In this document: in pieces, positions 51,177 to 63,263 of the stretch
How the letters are laid out: every line of letters begins with the position of its first letter
Position numbering within the stretch: the first letter of the stretch is position 1
Assembly (NCBI GenBank): GCA_051453625.1
Contig: JBOZIK010000001.1
Coordinates: 14,310,464-14,374,463 of the forward strand
Source: Welwitschia mirabilis
Taxonomy: Eukaryota
Reading direction: 5' to 3'
DNA: 64,000 bases
Program-made: the position numbers and the translations under genes
Notes under the pieces: generated by a model
Seen by the model: only the letters and a program-made list of their open reading frames with translations
What the model was told of the DNA's origin: nothing
The model's database searches: none

Positions 51177-53174
51177 TGTTGATGGCCTAAATTGCACTTT
51201 AAAAGTAATCAATTCTTGAAACAAGGAAATTGCAACTAGGCTTAGTATAGGGTGAATTAACCAACGAGTGTCGTAATCTGGAGAGTGTAAGGCAACAATC
51301 TAATTAAGCACATAAATAAGAAAGATTATACTTTTGATTCCAATCCAATGTTTAATCAATTTTGTATTTTTGTAATGCAAAAAGGAAAATTGACAATGCA
51401 ACTATTCTAATATGCAATGCCAATTATGAAAGAGAGATGAGATGCAAGCCTATGATAACCAAAATTATGAGTTATTATTATCCAACTTAGCCCTTATGAC
51501 CTATGTCTAATTTAGTATTAATCTAAGAAAATAGCATTAATTGAATTTTAATACAAACCATAAGAGAAATCATAAGATTTAAAGAAGAAAGACATTTTCT
51601 TAAATGAATTAAATGTCTTATAATTCNNNNNNNNNNNNNNNNNNNNNNNNNNNNNNNNNNNNNNNNNNNNNNNNNNNNNNNNNNNNNNNNNNNNNNNNNN
51701 NNNNNNNNNNNNNNNNNNNNNNNNNNNNNNNNNNNNNNNNNNNNNNNNNNNNNNNNNNNNNNNNNNNNNNNNNNNNNNNNNNNNNNNNNNNNNNNNNNNN
51801 NNNNNNNNNNNNNNNNNNNNNNNNNNNNNNNNNNNNNNNNNNNNNNNNNNNNNNNNNNNNNNNNNNNNNNNNNNNNNNNNNNNNNNNNNNNNNNNNNNNN
51901 NNNNNNNNNNNNNNNNNNNNNNNNNNNNNNNNNNNNNNNNNNNNNNNNNNNNNNNNNNNNNNNNNNNNNNNNNNNNNNNNNNNNNNNNNNNNNNNNNNNN
52001 NNNNNNNNNNNNNNNNNNNNNNNNNNNNNNNNNNNNNNNNNNNNNNNNNNNNNNNNNNNNNNNNNNNNNNNNNNNNNNNNNNNNNNNNNNNNNNNNNNNN
52101 NNNNNNNNNNNNNNNNNNNNNNNNNNNNNNNNNNNNNNNNNNNNNNNNNNNNNNNNNNNNNNNNNNNNNNNNNNNNNNNNNNNNNNNNNNNNNNNNNNNN
52201 NNNNNNNNNNNNNNNNNNNNNNNNNNNNNNNNNNNNNNNNNNNNNNNNNNNNNNNNNNNNNNNNNNNNNNNNNNNNNNNNNNNNNNNNNNNNNNNNNNNN
52301 NNNNNNNNNNNNNNNNNNNNNNNNNNNNNNNNNNNNNNNNNNNNNNNNNNNNNNNNNNNNNNNNNNNNNNNNNNNNNNNNNNNNNNNNNNNNNNNNNNNN
52401 NNNNNNNNNNNGAATGGAATGTCTTACAATACTTCAACAAGGTAGTGACTCCTCAATTTTAGAAGTAAAGACTCATCATCAAGAACGAACTCTCTTATGC
52501 TAAAATGGACTCTTGGCTCCTTGGATGCCTTTATCACCAATCCTCCAATGCCAAAAAAATGGCTAAATGATGCCAAATAGGGGTTTTTATAGCTTTCTTA
52601 AGGTGGTTATGAGTCAAGGAGGTTGATATAGGTAAAGAGATATCATTAGGCGTAAACTAGACCTTAATTTACTTAGTTAAGAAGAAGTTATGGCATTGTC
52701 ATGTTACTGTTGTCATGGGAATGACATGTGACATGATACGCTTTCATCATCTAATCACAGACTACCATGTTAAAAACTTGTTGAAATTCAAATTTGAAAA
52801 TTAATGGCTATGTCATATCCTGTGTTATGGGGATGACATTCTCATAACAACCACATTAGCAAGCCACGTCAGCCTCACTGAGTCAGCCTCCATAAGCATT
52901 CTTTGAATGCCTTCATCTTCTTGGTCATGTCCTATGTTATGGGGATGACATAGGGGACGATAGTCATTTTATTAGTGTTTTCCTCCACTTTTTGCTCTAC
53001 TTTTTCCTTGGTTGAATTCTTGTCTTTCTAGATGAAAATATGGCCTTTAAAGTCATAATTAGATTGTTAGATCAGTTCACGACAAAATGCTCGAAAATAA
53101 CTGAATTGAGTTCCTGTTCCCTGCAAAACATCACTAATTACACTATTAAAACATGACAATTTGGGATCACAACA
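51177..53174 (-). mobile_element. Solo LTR (Athila-like), ~2 kb including an N gap
   Basis: TGTTG...CAACA termini resemble those of 43303-44674. Flanked by ATAAG (51172-51176) and ACAAG (53175-53179), with no PBS or PPT on either side. Carries GGGGATGAC motifs. Confidence 0.75.
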
Positions 53175-53179
53175 ACAAG

Positions 53180-53811
53180 ACTAATTGTTCATTCTTTCAT
53201 AGATTGACCTAGTATTAGTAAACTTTATGTAAGATTAGTTCTTGTTTATTTAATCAGTTGTTAATTCTTTTATTATTAATGCACATTAATCTAGTATTAG
53301 AAATATTTAGGTGAAACTATTTCATTATCAATTTCTTTTATTAATAAGTAAGTTTTTTAAGGTTACTTTTATGATTTTTAATCACTATTATTTGATGAAT
53401 TATGTGCACAAATGGTTCATACTTTCTACGCTTATAAAGGACTTTGAAGTGTTAGAGGAATTAAGTATCTCATCAACACTTATGTTACCATGGTCAAGTC
53501 TTAACAACTTGATGATTATAGTTTATGTTTCAAGAATACAGGAGTAATTGTAGTAAAGATAAAGCATTGGATAAATCACATTAGATCTTTGAAGCACATC
53601 CATTTCCTTATGTTGTCAACCAAAGATCACTTTAAAGTATCAACTTTTGGTTTTCATTTTATTTGAGTTTTATTATAAGTTAAGTTTTTTATATCACTTT
53701 TAATAAGATTACTGCATATATACCCTATGAAAGAATGATACTAGATTCTTATCTAGTTTAAATAAATTTACTATACTAACACAAATAAGATTTTTGTGTT
53801 GTTGTTAGGGA
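53180..53811 (+). mobile_element. 3' part of a plus-strand Athila-like LTR with a decayed PBS (53794-53811); probable host of the solo LTR
   Basis: TACTATACT LTR-end motif followed by TTGTGTTGTTGTTAGGGA (decayed TGGCGCCGTTGCCGGGGA) and a T-rich leader. Confidence 0.55.
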
Positions 53812-53994
53812 TATTAACACAGTCGCTTTTTAAGAATGCATGTTTTTTCTTCTTATAATTTTTAGTTAGGTTTTATTTTTCTAGTGGTGGGTGTTAGTCC
53901 TCTTTCTAATGATAACTAGAGTAGTCTTTTTATTTTTATTTTGTGTGTTTATTTCTTTCTTTCTAGTGATTGATACTGGTCCTATAGATGATTG

Positions 53995-55019
53995 TAGACT
54001 TTTCAAGCTTAGTCTTAACCTTTTACAAAATAAGGTAGTGATGTAATGATGATTTTAGAGCATAGATATCACTTATTCTTGATTTAGTAAATTTAATGGA
54101 TCTCTTCTCCTATAGATGTAAAACAATTGAAGCTCTTGATCTGAACTTGAAGGTAGAAATGATGCCAATAGAAGATCTTCTTTAATTAGAAATACAAATG
54201 CTAAGATACAATAGTGAAAGTTACCCACTTATAATGCTTGATCCTTCAGATCTAAGAGATTCACCCAAATGAAGATAGTTCCAAAAGATTCTTTGGTTAT
54301 TTATATCTTAACTATTTATGTTAGAAGTCTTTTAGGATTTATTGCATTTGAAATGCACTTTCAATGGCTATAAATGGCTAGAAAACGGCTACCTAATGGA
54401 TACATAACATTTAGAAAATTTTACTTCTGTTCTGTCCAATCGACTCCATAAAAATCTAGTCGAGTTCGTTCGCTACATTATCTAGTCAACCACTTCTCCT
54501 AATAAAATTCATTTTAGTTTCCAGTATTGATTCTAACCAACCCCTTTAAGTGTCCAGTCAACCCCATGATGATCAGCTTAGGCATACCAACTATATAGTG
54601 GTTAGGTCTGGTTGACCTTATCTTAAGTCCAGTTGACCCCTTGTCATTTAGTCTAGGAATATTGTTTTTCAGGTCCTCAAATGTGGTTGACCCCATAAAG
54701 GTTCAATTGACTCCTTTCCATTCAGTTCAGGGACACTGGTTCCTGAGGTTATAGGTCCTGCCATCTCCATCAAAAATCTGGTTAACCCCTCTGAATGCAG
54801 TTCATTTTCTATCTGCTTTAGGTGTGGTCGACCCCTTAAAAATCTAGTTAACTCCATCAAGAGGGTAAAAGAACTGATAGGTTTTTAGTTCTCAAAAGTT
54901 AATAATTTTAGTTCTATCTTTTAACTTGTAAGTAATTTAACATCTTCTACATAAGATACATAAAATTTACTATATAGAAAACATTAGTTTGACATAAATT
55001 GGTAAAACATAATTTAACA
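53995..55019 (-). repeat. 3' LTR (3' end deleted) with a GTCGAC-derived motif array
   Basis: Colinear with 60355-61431. Confidence 0.85.
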
Positions 55020-55669
55020 ATATCCCCCTTTGACATTGATGGTAAACAATACTTAGTTGTGAAAAATAAGAACTTTTAGAAAAGCTCCACATTATAAAAT
55101 GCCTATTTGCAAAATAATATTCCTTTTAAAATAGGTTAAGATATTTTGAACAATTAAATTTTATGCTTTAAATGAAATAATTTAATATGCATATTTGAAA
55201 GTTTAAAGAGCACAACCTTATAATGAGTATATTTGAAAGTTTAAAAAGCACAAATTTATTTCCAATGTTAGAAGATTTTAAACTTTTTAAGTTAAGCATA
55301 TATGATACCAAAAGAAAAACATATTTAGCATATAAAATTTAGAAAGGCACAAATATATTTAAGATACCAAATGAAACATAATTTTGTGCAAAATAGATAA
55401 GTGCATTTCATTAGACATAAGTAAATATTACAAATATTTAACAAATAAACAACTAATTATCCCCCTTTTGACATCAATGACAAAGAAGATAAGAAATGTT
55501 TATTGAGAAAATAATATTAGATAACAAAATTTATGTTTTATACTTTTGTTGGGATAGCTATAGAACCTATAGTATTTGGGCAACCAAGTTTTAAACTAGT
55601 TGACGGACCTCTTTTTATCGATCAAATAAAGGATTCAGTCGATCATCCTACAATCAACTATAGAATAAC

Positions 55670-58600
55670 AAGAGAACCCCTAGTTCATTTTTAAGACAAA
55701 GAAAAGTATCAAAATTTAGGGTTTAGTAAAAATATCTACTAATTATTGGTCTGAAGTTATAAAATTCATAGAGATGTGTCCTTTTTTTAACTTCGTCTCA
55801 TAGGAAATGATGTCTTAGCTCAATACGCTTCGTTCTTGAGTGTTGAACTGGATTTTTCGATATATTAATAGCACTTTTATTATCATAGCAAATAGGAACT
55901 TTCTTAAAATTAACACCAAAATCTTTTAACATTTCTTTCATCCATAAAAGGTGACTACAACAACTACCTGCTACAATATATTTGGCTTTTGTAATAGAGA
56001 GAGAAATAGATTTTTATTTCTTGCTTAACCATCTTATTAGATATAAACCTAGAAGAAAGCAATTTTCACTTGTGTGTTTTCTATCATCTTTGCATCCAGC
56101 CTACTCTGCATTACTAAAACCTACAAGTTCGAAAGATATCTTAGTGGAATACCATAAGTCATAATCACATTTATCCTTTACATACCTCATTATACTTTTT
56201 ACTGCTTGAGGATGTGATTCTTTTAGTTTGGATTGATATCTTGCACATACTCCAATACCAAACATGATATCTGGTCTATTTGCAAACAAATATAATAAAA
56301 TACCAATCATACTTCTTTAAAGTTTTTGATCTACTGATCCATCATTTTCATCCAAACTTACTTTACATGATGTAAACATAGGAGTGTCAGTTGGTTTTGC
56401 ATTTTCTAAACCAAATCATTTGATTAAATTTCTTACATATTTGGATTGAGAAATAAATATTTCATTTTTAGTTTACTTGATCTAAAGTCCAAGAAACATC
56501 TTAAGTTCACCAAGCATACTCATTTCAAATTGTTTTATCATTATATTTGCAAATTCATTTAATAGCTTTTCATTTGAGATGCCAAAGATAATATCATCTA
56601 CATAAATCTATATAATAATGAAATCCTTTTCATATTCTTTACAAATAAGGTTTTATCTACAGTTCCTCAAATATATCCATTTTCGTTTAAAAATGTAGCT
56701 ATCTTTTCATACCAAGCTCTTGATGCTTATTTTAATCCATATAATGCTTTCTTAAGTCTATATACATACTCAGTTTTATGAGGATCAATAGAACTTTGTG
56801 GTCATTTTACATAGACTTCTTCAATTAACATATCATTTAGAAAACACTTTTTATATCCATTTGATATAGTTTGAATTTCTTAAAAGCTGCAAAGGACAAA
56901 AAAATTTTAATGCTATCCAACCTTGCAACTAAAGTAAAAGTATATCCTATATTAATGCCTTCTATTTGATTATAGATTTGAGCTACTAATCTTACTTTGC
57001 TTTTAATGATATTATTTTCTTCATTGCATTTGTTTTTAAAAATCCATTTAGTTCTAATGACATTCTTATCTTTTGGCCTTTCTACTAGCATTTAAACATC
57101 ATTTCTTTTAAATTATTATAGATCATCTTGCATTGCCATCATCCATACCTCATGAATTTCTGCTTCTTCAAATTTCTTGGGTTCTATCTTTGAGACATAA
57201 CAAACGTGAGTATACAAATTTTTCATAACACCTTTTGTCTTTATTTTTGAATTAACTTCTTTAATAATGTATTCTAAAGAATGATCTTTAAGAACTTTGG
57301 GCTTTTTTAGTGTGCCTTCTTTTATTGGAACTTCATTTCTTTTGGTAGAACCTTCATTGGCTGTGGGAATACTTGTGGTTATGGTTTTCTCCTCATCTGT
57401 GCAGTTTGATCTTGTGTCAATCTCCTCAATTTTCGTGTTTATTAACCCTTTTATCATTAAGCTTCTTTTATTAAAAACACAATAGGCTCTACTTTTAGTT
57501 GAGTAATCCAAGAAGATAGCTTCATTTGCCTTCTCGAATTTTCTCAATTGTTCTCTATATTTTAGCATATAGCATTTACTACTGAAGACTTTAAAGTATG
57601 ACACATTTGGTTATCTTCCTTTCCATAACTCATAAGGTGTTTTATTAATACTAGGCTTAAGATATACTCTATTAATAATGTATCATGTTGTGCTAACCAA
57701 CTTAGCTCAAAAGGATTTAGGAACTTCAGTATCATTTAGCATAGTTCGAGCCATTTCTTAAAGAACTCTATTTTTTTTTTAGCTATACCATTTTGTTATA
57801 GTGTTTTTGGGGTTGAAAACTGATGATCAATTCCATTTTCAATGCAATATTTTTTAAAGAAATGATTTTCAAATTCACCATCATGATTACTTCTTATTTT
57901 TTTTATAGTATACTCCTTTTTCGTTTTGAATCTTATTGCAAATTTCAATCCAATGTTTATAATCTTTAGGTTTCTTTGACAAAAAGGCTACCCAAGTATA
58001 TTTAGAGAAATCATTAACTATAGTAATAAAATAATGTTTTCCATGTATACTTTAAGTTTGAGAAGGACCTACTAGATCCATATGAATAAGCTTTAAAGGC
58101 ATAGATGTGGACGCTTGGATTTTGTTTTTATCAGAGGTCCTAATTTGTTTTTCTTTTGGCAAGCATCACATAAGCCTCATTTTTCTATATTTATCTTAGG
58201 AATTCCTTTCACAATGTTTTTATAAATAATAATTTTTAACTGATCATAATTAACATGACCTAATCATTTATGCCATAGCTCTTCTTAAGGAACATTAAAA
58301 ATAACCTGAAGAAAATGATTTATCTATGCTATAAACATTGTCTATTCTACTTGCTCTAAGAATTACATCATTTGATTTTTAATAAAAAGTTTCACATTTT
58401 GATTTATCAAAAACTACCTTGTGATCTTTGCCATAAATTTGGCTAATGNNNNNNNNNNNNNNNNNNNNNNNNNNNNNNNNNNNNNNNNNNNNNNNNNNNN
58501 NNNNNNNNNNNNNNNNNNNNNNNNNNNNNNNNNNNNNNNNNNNNNNNNNNNNNNNNNNNNNNNNNNNNNNNNNNNNNNNNNNNNNNNNNNNNNNNNNNNN

Positions 58601-59790
58601 NNNNNNNNNNNNNNNNNNNNNNNNNNNNNNNNNNNNNNNNNNNNNNNNNNNNNNNNNNNNNNNNNNNNNNNNNNNNNNNNNNNNNNNNNNNNNNNNNNNN
58701 NNNNNNNNNNNNNNNNNNNNNNNNNNNNNNNNNNNNNNNNNNNNNNNNNNNNNNNNNNNNNNNNNNNNNNNNNNNNNNNNNNNNNNNNNNNNNNNNNNNN
58801 NNNNNNNNNNNNNNNNNNNNNNNNNNNNNNNNNNNNNNNNNNNNNNNNNNNNNNNNNNNNNNNNNNNNNNNNNNNNNNNNNNNNNNNNNNNNNNNNNNNN
58901 NNNNNNNNNNNNNNNNNNNNNNNNNNNNNNNNNNNNNNNNNNNNNNNNNNNNNNNNNNNNNNNNNNNNNNNNNNNNNNNNNNNNNNNNNNNNNNNNNNNN
59001 NNNNNNNNNNNNNNNCCTCCATCAAAGTTTCTTAATTATTTGAATCTAGATTTATCTCCTATCATATGCCTTAAACATATACTATTGAGATACCAGTTTG
59101 TGCTATTTGAAACCTTGAAAGCTGTCTAAATTAAAAGACTTTAAGATCACTATATTTTACTCACACAGTCTTTCTAGACTTACGTGGCATACCTCCTTTA
59201 GGAATAAACTTAAATGGGAAAGTACTACCTGAGTTTGAAAATAACATTAATTNNNNNNNNNNNNNNNNNNNNNNNNNNNNNNNNNNNNNNNNNNNNNNNN
59301 NNNNNNNNNNNNNNNNNNNNNNNNNNNNNNNNNNNNNTACCTAATTTTGCTATTTTTGAGGTCTTTGAGAGATGAAGCTAATACCTGACTTGCTGCCAAT
59401 AGGTTTCTTAATTCCAAGCATTTGTTCTAATTTGGTAGATCCACCTAAAAATTTATTAACAAAATAAGATAACTCTTTTATCTATAGAGTGAGATCAGAG
59501 TTTTTAGATTTGATTCTTTTAAGACTTAATTCCTTTTCCTTCTTTTCCTTGATGAGAAATTTTATAATCTTATTTAGATCATTTATCCTTTTAGTCATCT
59601 TTTCACATTCTTGGTCTAACTCTTGACAAGTATCTTCCAACTCATCTTGTTCTTCATTGTCCACATCATGGTTATCATGATCTAAAGTATTGTGCATATC
59701 TTGTAACGGAGGCACAAGTATTATAAAGAAAAGTCCCCTTTGTTTATCATATTTTTGAGCATTTATTTTGTCACTTTTACTTGACACCTG
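55670..59790 (-). pseudogene. Degenerate Copia gag(C-term)-pol: protease, GAG-pre-integrase, integrase, RT, RNaseH
   Basis: GSTKLEQMLGIKKPIGSKSGIS; WYLNSICLRHMIGDK; LWHK*LGHV; AIFLDYSTKSRAY; EPKKFEEA; KWIFKNK...KVRLVAQ; LYQMDIKSVF; RPDIMFGIGVCARYQ; DIFTKP. Confidence 0.93.
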
Positions 59791-59975
59791 TGTGTTTCCA
59801 TTAGCTATAATCTATTTGAAAATATATCCATATGGTATCCAACATATATAGATAAAAGCATAAGTGTTAAGAAAGGGCATATTTAAAAAATCATCAAGGT
59901 GAACAAACATTGTGTGGTTCTAAAGTATAAATTGGTTAAGTTCTAAGAAAAGACTTAACTCGCTCTAATATAAAA

Positions 59976-61431
59976 TGTCAAGATTAAAAACCCAAGAGGA
60001 AGGGTGAATAGATTCTTTAAAAATTCCAACACAATATTTTAAATGAATCCAATCTTAAATAAAACTTGCATACAATAAAAGACTAATCTAAAATGTGCAT
60101 GATATAAGAAAATAATGGAAGTAAATAAATAATGACTGAAAGCACAAAAATATCAATTGGATGCAAACTAGATTTATAGTGGTTTGGGAACCTCCTACTC
60201 CACTTTTGATGATTAGCCTATCATCAGGCTAGTTCTCAGATCTTCGTTACTCCACTAGGTATTTTAGGTTCACCTATAACCTTTACAAATGGACTTTTCT
60301 ATCTTACTTCCAACCTTTGAATGAACTTCTCAATGCCTGGTCTCAATCTTTGGACAGCCTTTTCAAGGCTTAGTCTCAACCTTTCACAAAGTAAGGTAGT
60401 AATGTAATAATTCTTTTAAAGCTCTTGATCTGATCTTGAATGTAGAGATGATGCCAATAGTAGATCTTCTTCAGTCAGAAATATAGATGTTAAGATACAA
60501 CAGTGAAAGTTACCCAATTACAATGCTTGATCCTTCAGACCCAATAGATTCACCCAAATGAAAATAGTTCTAAAATATTATTTGGTCATTTATGTCTTAG
60601 CTATNNNNNNNNNNNNNNNNNNNNNNNNNNNNNNATTTGAAATGTACTTACAACGGCTATAAATGACTAGAAAATGGCTATCTAATAACTACATAATGGA
60701 TACATAATGTTTAGAAAATTTTACTTTCATTTTGTTTGGTCAACCCCACAAAAATCTAGTCGATCCCATATAGTGTTGTAAATTACATAGGTAGCTTGAG
60801 TAATAAATTTGATCACTCTAATTTCTTATAGCTCCATGTCCCATCAACACCATATGGTTCGGTTGACCCTAGTCTGGTCGCCTGTTACATTATCCAGTTG
60901 CCCGCCCCTCCTAATAAAGTTCTTTCCAGTTTCCAGCATTAAGTCTGGTCGACCCCTTTAGGTATCTAGTTGACCCAATGATGATCAGCTCAGGCGTACT
61001 AGCTACATAATGCTTAGGTCTAGTTGACCTCATCATAGGTCTAGTTGACCCCTTATCATTTAGTCCAGGGATACTGTTTATTAGGTCTTCAAATCTGATC
61101 AACCTCATAAAGGTCCAGTTAACACCTTTCCATTTAGTTCAAGGACACTAGTTCTCAAGGTTATAAGTCTAATCGACCTCATCAAAAATCCAGTTAACCC
61201 CTCTGAATGCAGTTCATTTTCTATCTACTTCAGATGTAGTTGATCCCTTGAAAATTTGATCGACCCCATCAAAAGGGTAAAAGAGTCGACAGGTTTCTAG
61301 TGCTCAGAAGTTGATGATTTCGGTTCCATCTTTTAACCTGCAAGTAATTTAAAATCTTCTGCATAAGATACACAATATTTGATATATAGAAAATATTAGT
61401 TTAACATCAATTATCAAAACATAATCTAACA
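59976..61431 (-). repeat. 5' LTR of the minus-strand Sirevirus
   Basis: TG...CA termini, adjacent PBS, C-rich end motif and a GTCGAC/GTTGAC/GTCAAC array at 60740-61290. Confidence 0.88.
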
Positions 61432-62350
61432 TATATAATTTTTGGTGCCTCTAGTGAAGTTTTATCAAAAGAATTTGCAAATATTATGATAACACATTTT
61501 GAGATGAGTATGCCTGGGGAAGTTAGAATGTTTCTTGGCTTACAGATTAAGCAATAAAAGAATGAAATTTTTATGTCTCAATCTAAATATGCAAAATATT
61601 TGATTAACTAATTTAAATTGGAAAATGCTAAAACAACTAACACACCTATGTCAACTTCTTGTAAATTCAGTCTATATGAAGATGGAAAATTAGTCGATCA
61701 GAAGCTTGATAAAAGTATGATAGGAAGCTTATTATATCTAACTATAAGTAGATCTAATATTATGTTTAGTGTTGGTGTATGTACAAGATACTAAACCCAA
61801 CCAAAAGAATCACACCTATAGGTAGTCAAAAGAATAATAAAAGGCATATATGACTTTAGATTATAATACTCAATTGAGATATCTCTTGATCTTGCAGGAT
61901 TAAGTGATTCAAATTAGACTAGGTGTAAGGATGATAGAAAAATAATAAGTGATAATTATTTTCTATTAGATCATGCTTAGTGGAATGGCTTAGTAAAAAT
62001 CAAAACTCAATCTCCCTTTCAACCATAAAAGATGAGTATATAGCATCAGGGATTTGTTGTGCTCATCTCCTTTAGATGAAGGAAATGCTAAAGATATTTG
62101 GTGTAGTTTTTAATCAAGTTTATATTTTCTATGATAATACTAGTGCAATAAATATTTCTAAAAATCTTATTCAACATTTCAGAACTAATCACATTGAATT
62201 AAAACACCAAGTTCTTAGAAATCAAGTTAAAAAAGGAAACATTTCTATGAATTTTGTTAGTATAGATCGTCAACTTGCTGATATCTTCACTAAAACCTAA
62301 ATTTTGATAATTTTCTTTGTATTCATAATGAACTAGGGGTTATCTCTCCA
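61432..62350 (+). pseudogene. C-terminal half of RT plus RNaseH of a related plus-strand Sirevirus
   Basis: IIFGASSEVLSKEFANIMITHFEMSMPGEVRMFLGLQIKQ, SMIGSLLYL, and DNTSAINISKNLIQHFRTNHIELKH...QLADIFTK. Confidence 0.9.
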
Positions 62351-63263
62351 TCCTCTAATTGATTATAGGGTGGTTAAGTAGATCTATAATTCAATTGATT
62401 GGAAGTGATTTGACAACCAAACCAAAAACTAGTCACCTGGACCTTAAAATATTGTGACCTGGATTTCAATTGGTCAATGAGATCTTAAACTAGTTGACCA
62501 AATCTATAGGGTTATAATTCAGTAGNNNNNNNNNNNNNNNNNNNNNNNNNNNNNNNNNNNNNNNNNNNNNNNNNNNNNNNNNNNNNNNNNNNNNNNNNNN
62601 NNNNNNNNNNNNNNNNNNNNNNNNNNNNNNNNNNNNNNNNNNNNNNNNNNNNNNNNNNNNNNNNNNNNNNNNNNNNNNNNNNNNNNNNNNNNNNNNNNNN
62701 NNNNNNNNNNNNNNNNNNNNNNNNNNNNNNNNNNNNNNNNNNNNNNNNNNNNNNNNNNNNNNNNNNNNNNNNNNNNNNNNNNNNNNNNNNNNNNNNNNNN
62801 NNNNNNNNNNNNNNNNNNNNNNNNNNNNNNNNNNNNNNNNNNNNNNNNNNNNNNNNNNNNNNNNNNNNNNNNNNNNNNNNNNNNNNNNNNNNNNNNNNNN
62901 NNNNNNNNNNNNNNNNNNNNNNNNNNNNNNNNNNNNNNNNNNNNNNNNNNNNNNNNNNNNNNNNNNNNNNNNNNNNNNNNNNNNNNNNNNNNNNNNNNNN
63001 NNNNNNNNNNNNNNNNNNNNNNNNNNNNNNNNNNNNNNNNNNNNNNNNNNNNNNNNNNNNNNNNNNNNNNNNNNNNNNNNNNNNNNNNNNNNNNNNNNNN
63101 NNNNNNNNNNNNNNNNNNNNNNNNNNNNNNNNNNNNNNNNNNNNNNNNNNNNNNNNNNNNNNNNNNNNATCACCTGTCTCCTTTAGATTTATTTTTCTTT
63201 AAGGGTTTTCTTATCTTCAATCTCCTACCATGTAGTTGCAATAACTAAGAGTCCCTCTAGAAG

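Larger units (their letters stand above)
53995..61431 (-). mobile_element. Sirevirus-type Ty1/Copia element with both LTRs, a complete but degenerate pol, an internally deleted gag and no env-like ORF
   Basis: LTRs at 53995-55019 (truncated) and 59976-61431. Decayed Met-type PBS at ~59961-59974, two AAAGGGGGA PPTs (55021-55032, ~55459-55470) and a CTATTCACCCTTCCTCTT end motif. Confidence 0.9.

Noticed and set aside
54514..54860. Short ORFs in the LTRs (also 60911-61108)
   Set aside because: Chance read-through of the GTCGAC motif array in paired LTRs; no protein motif.
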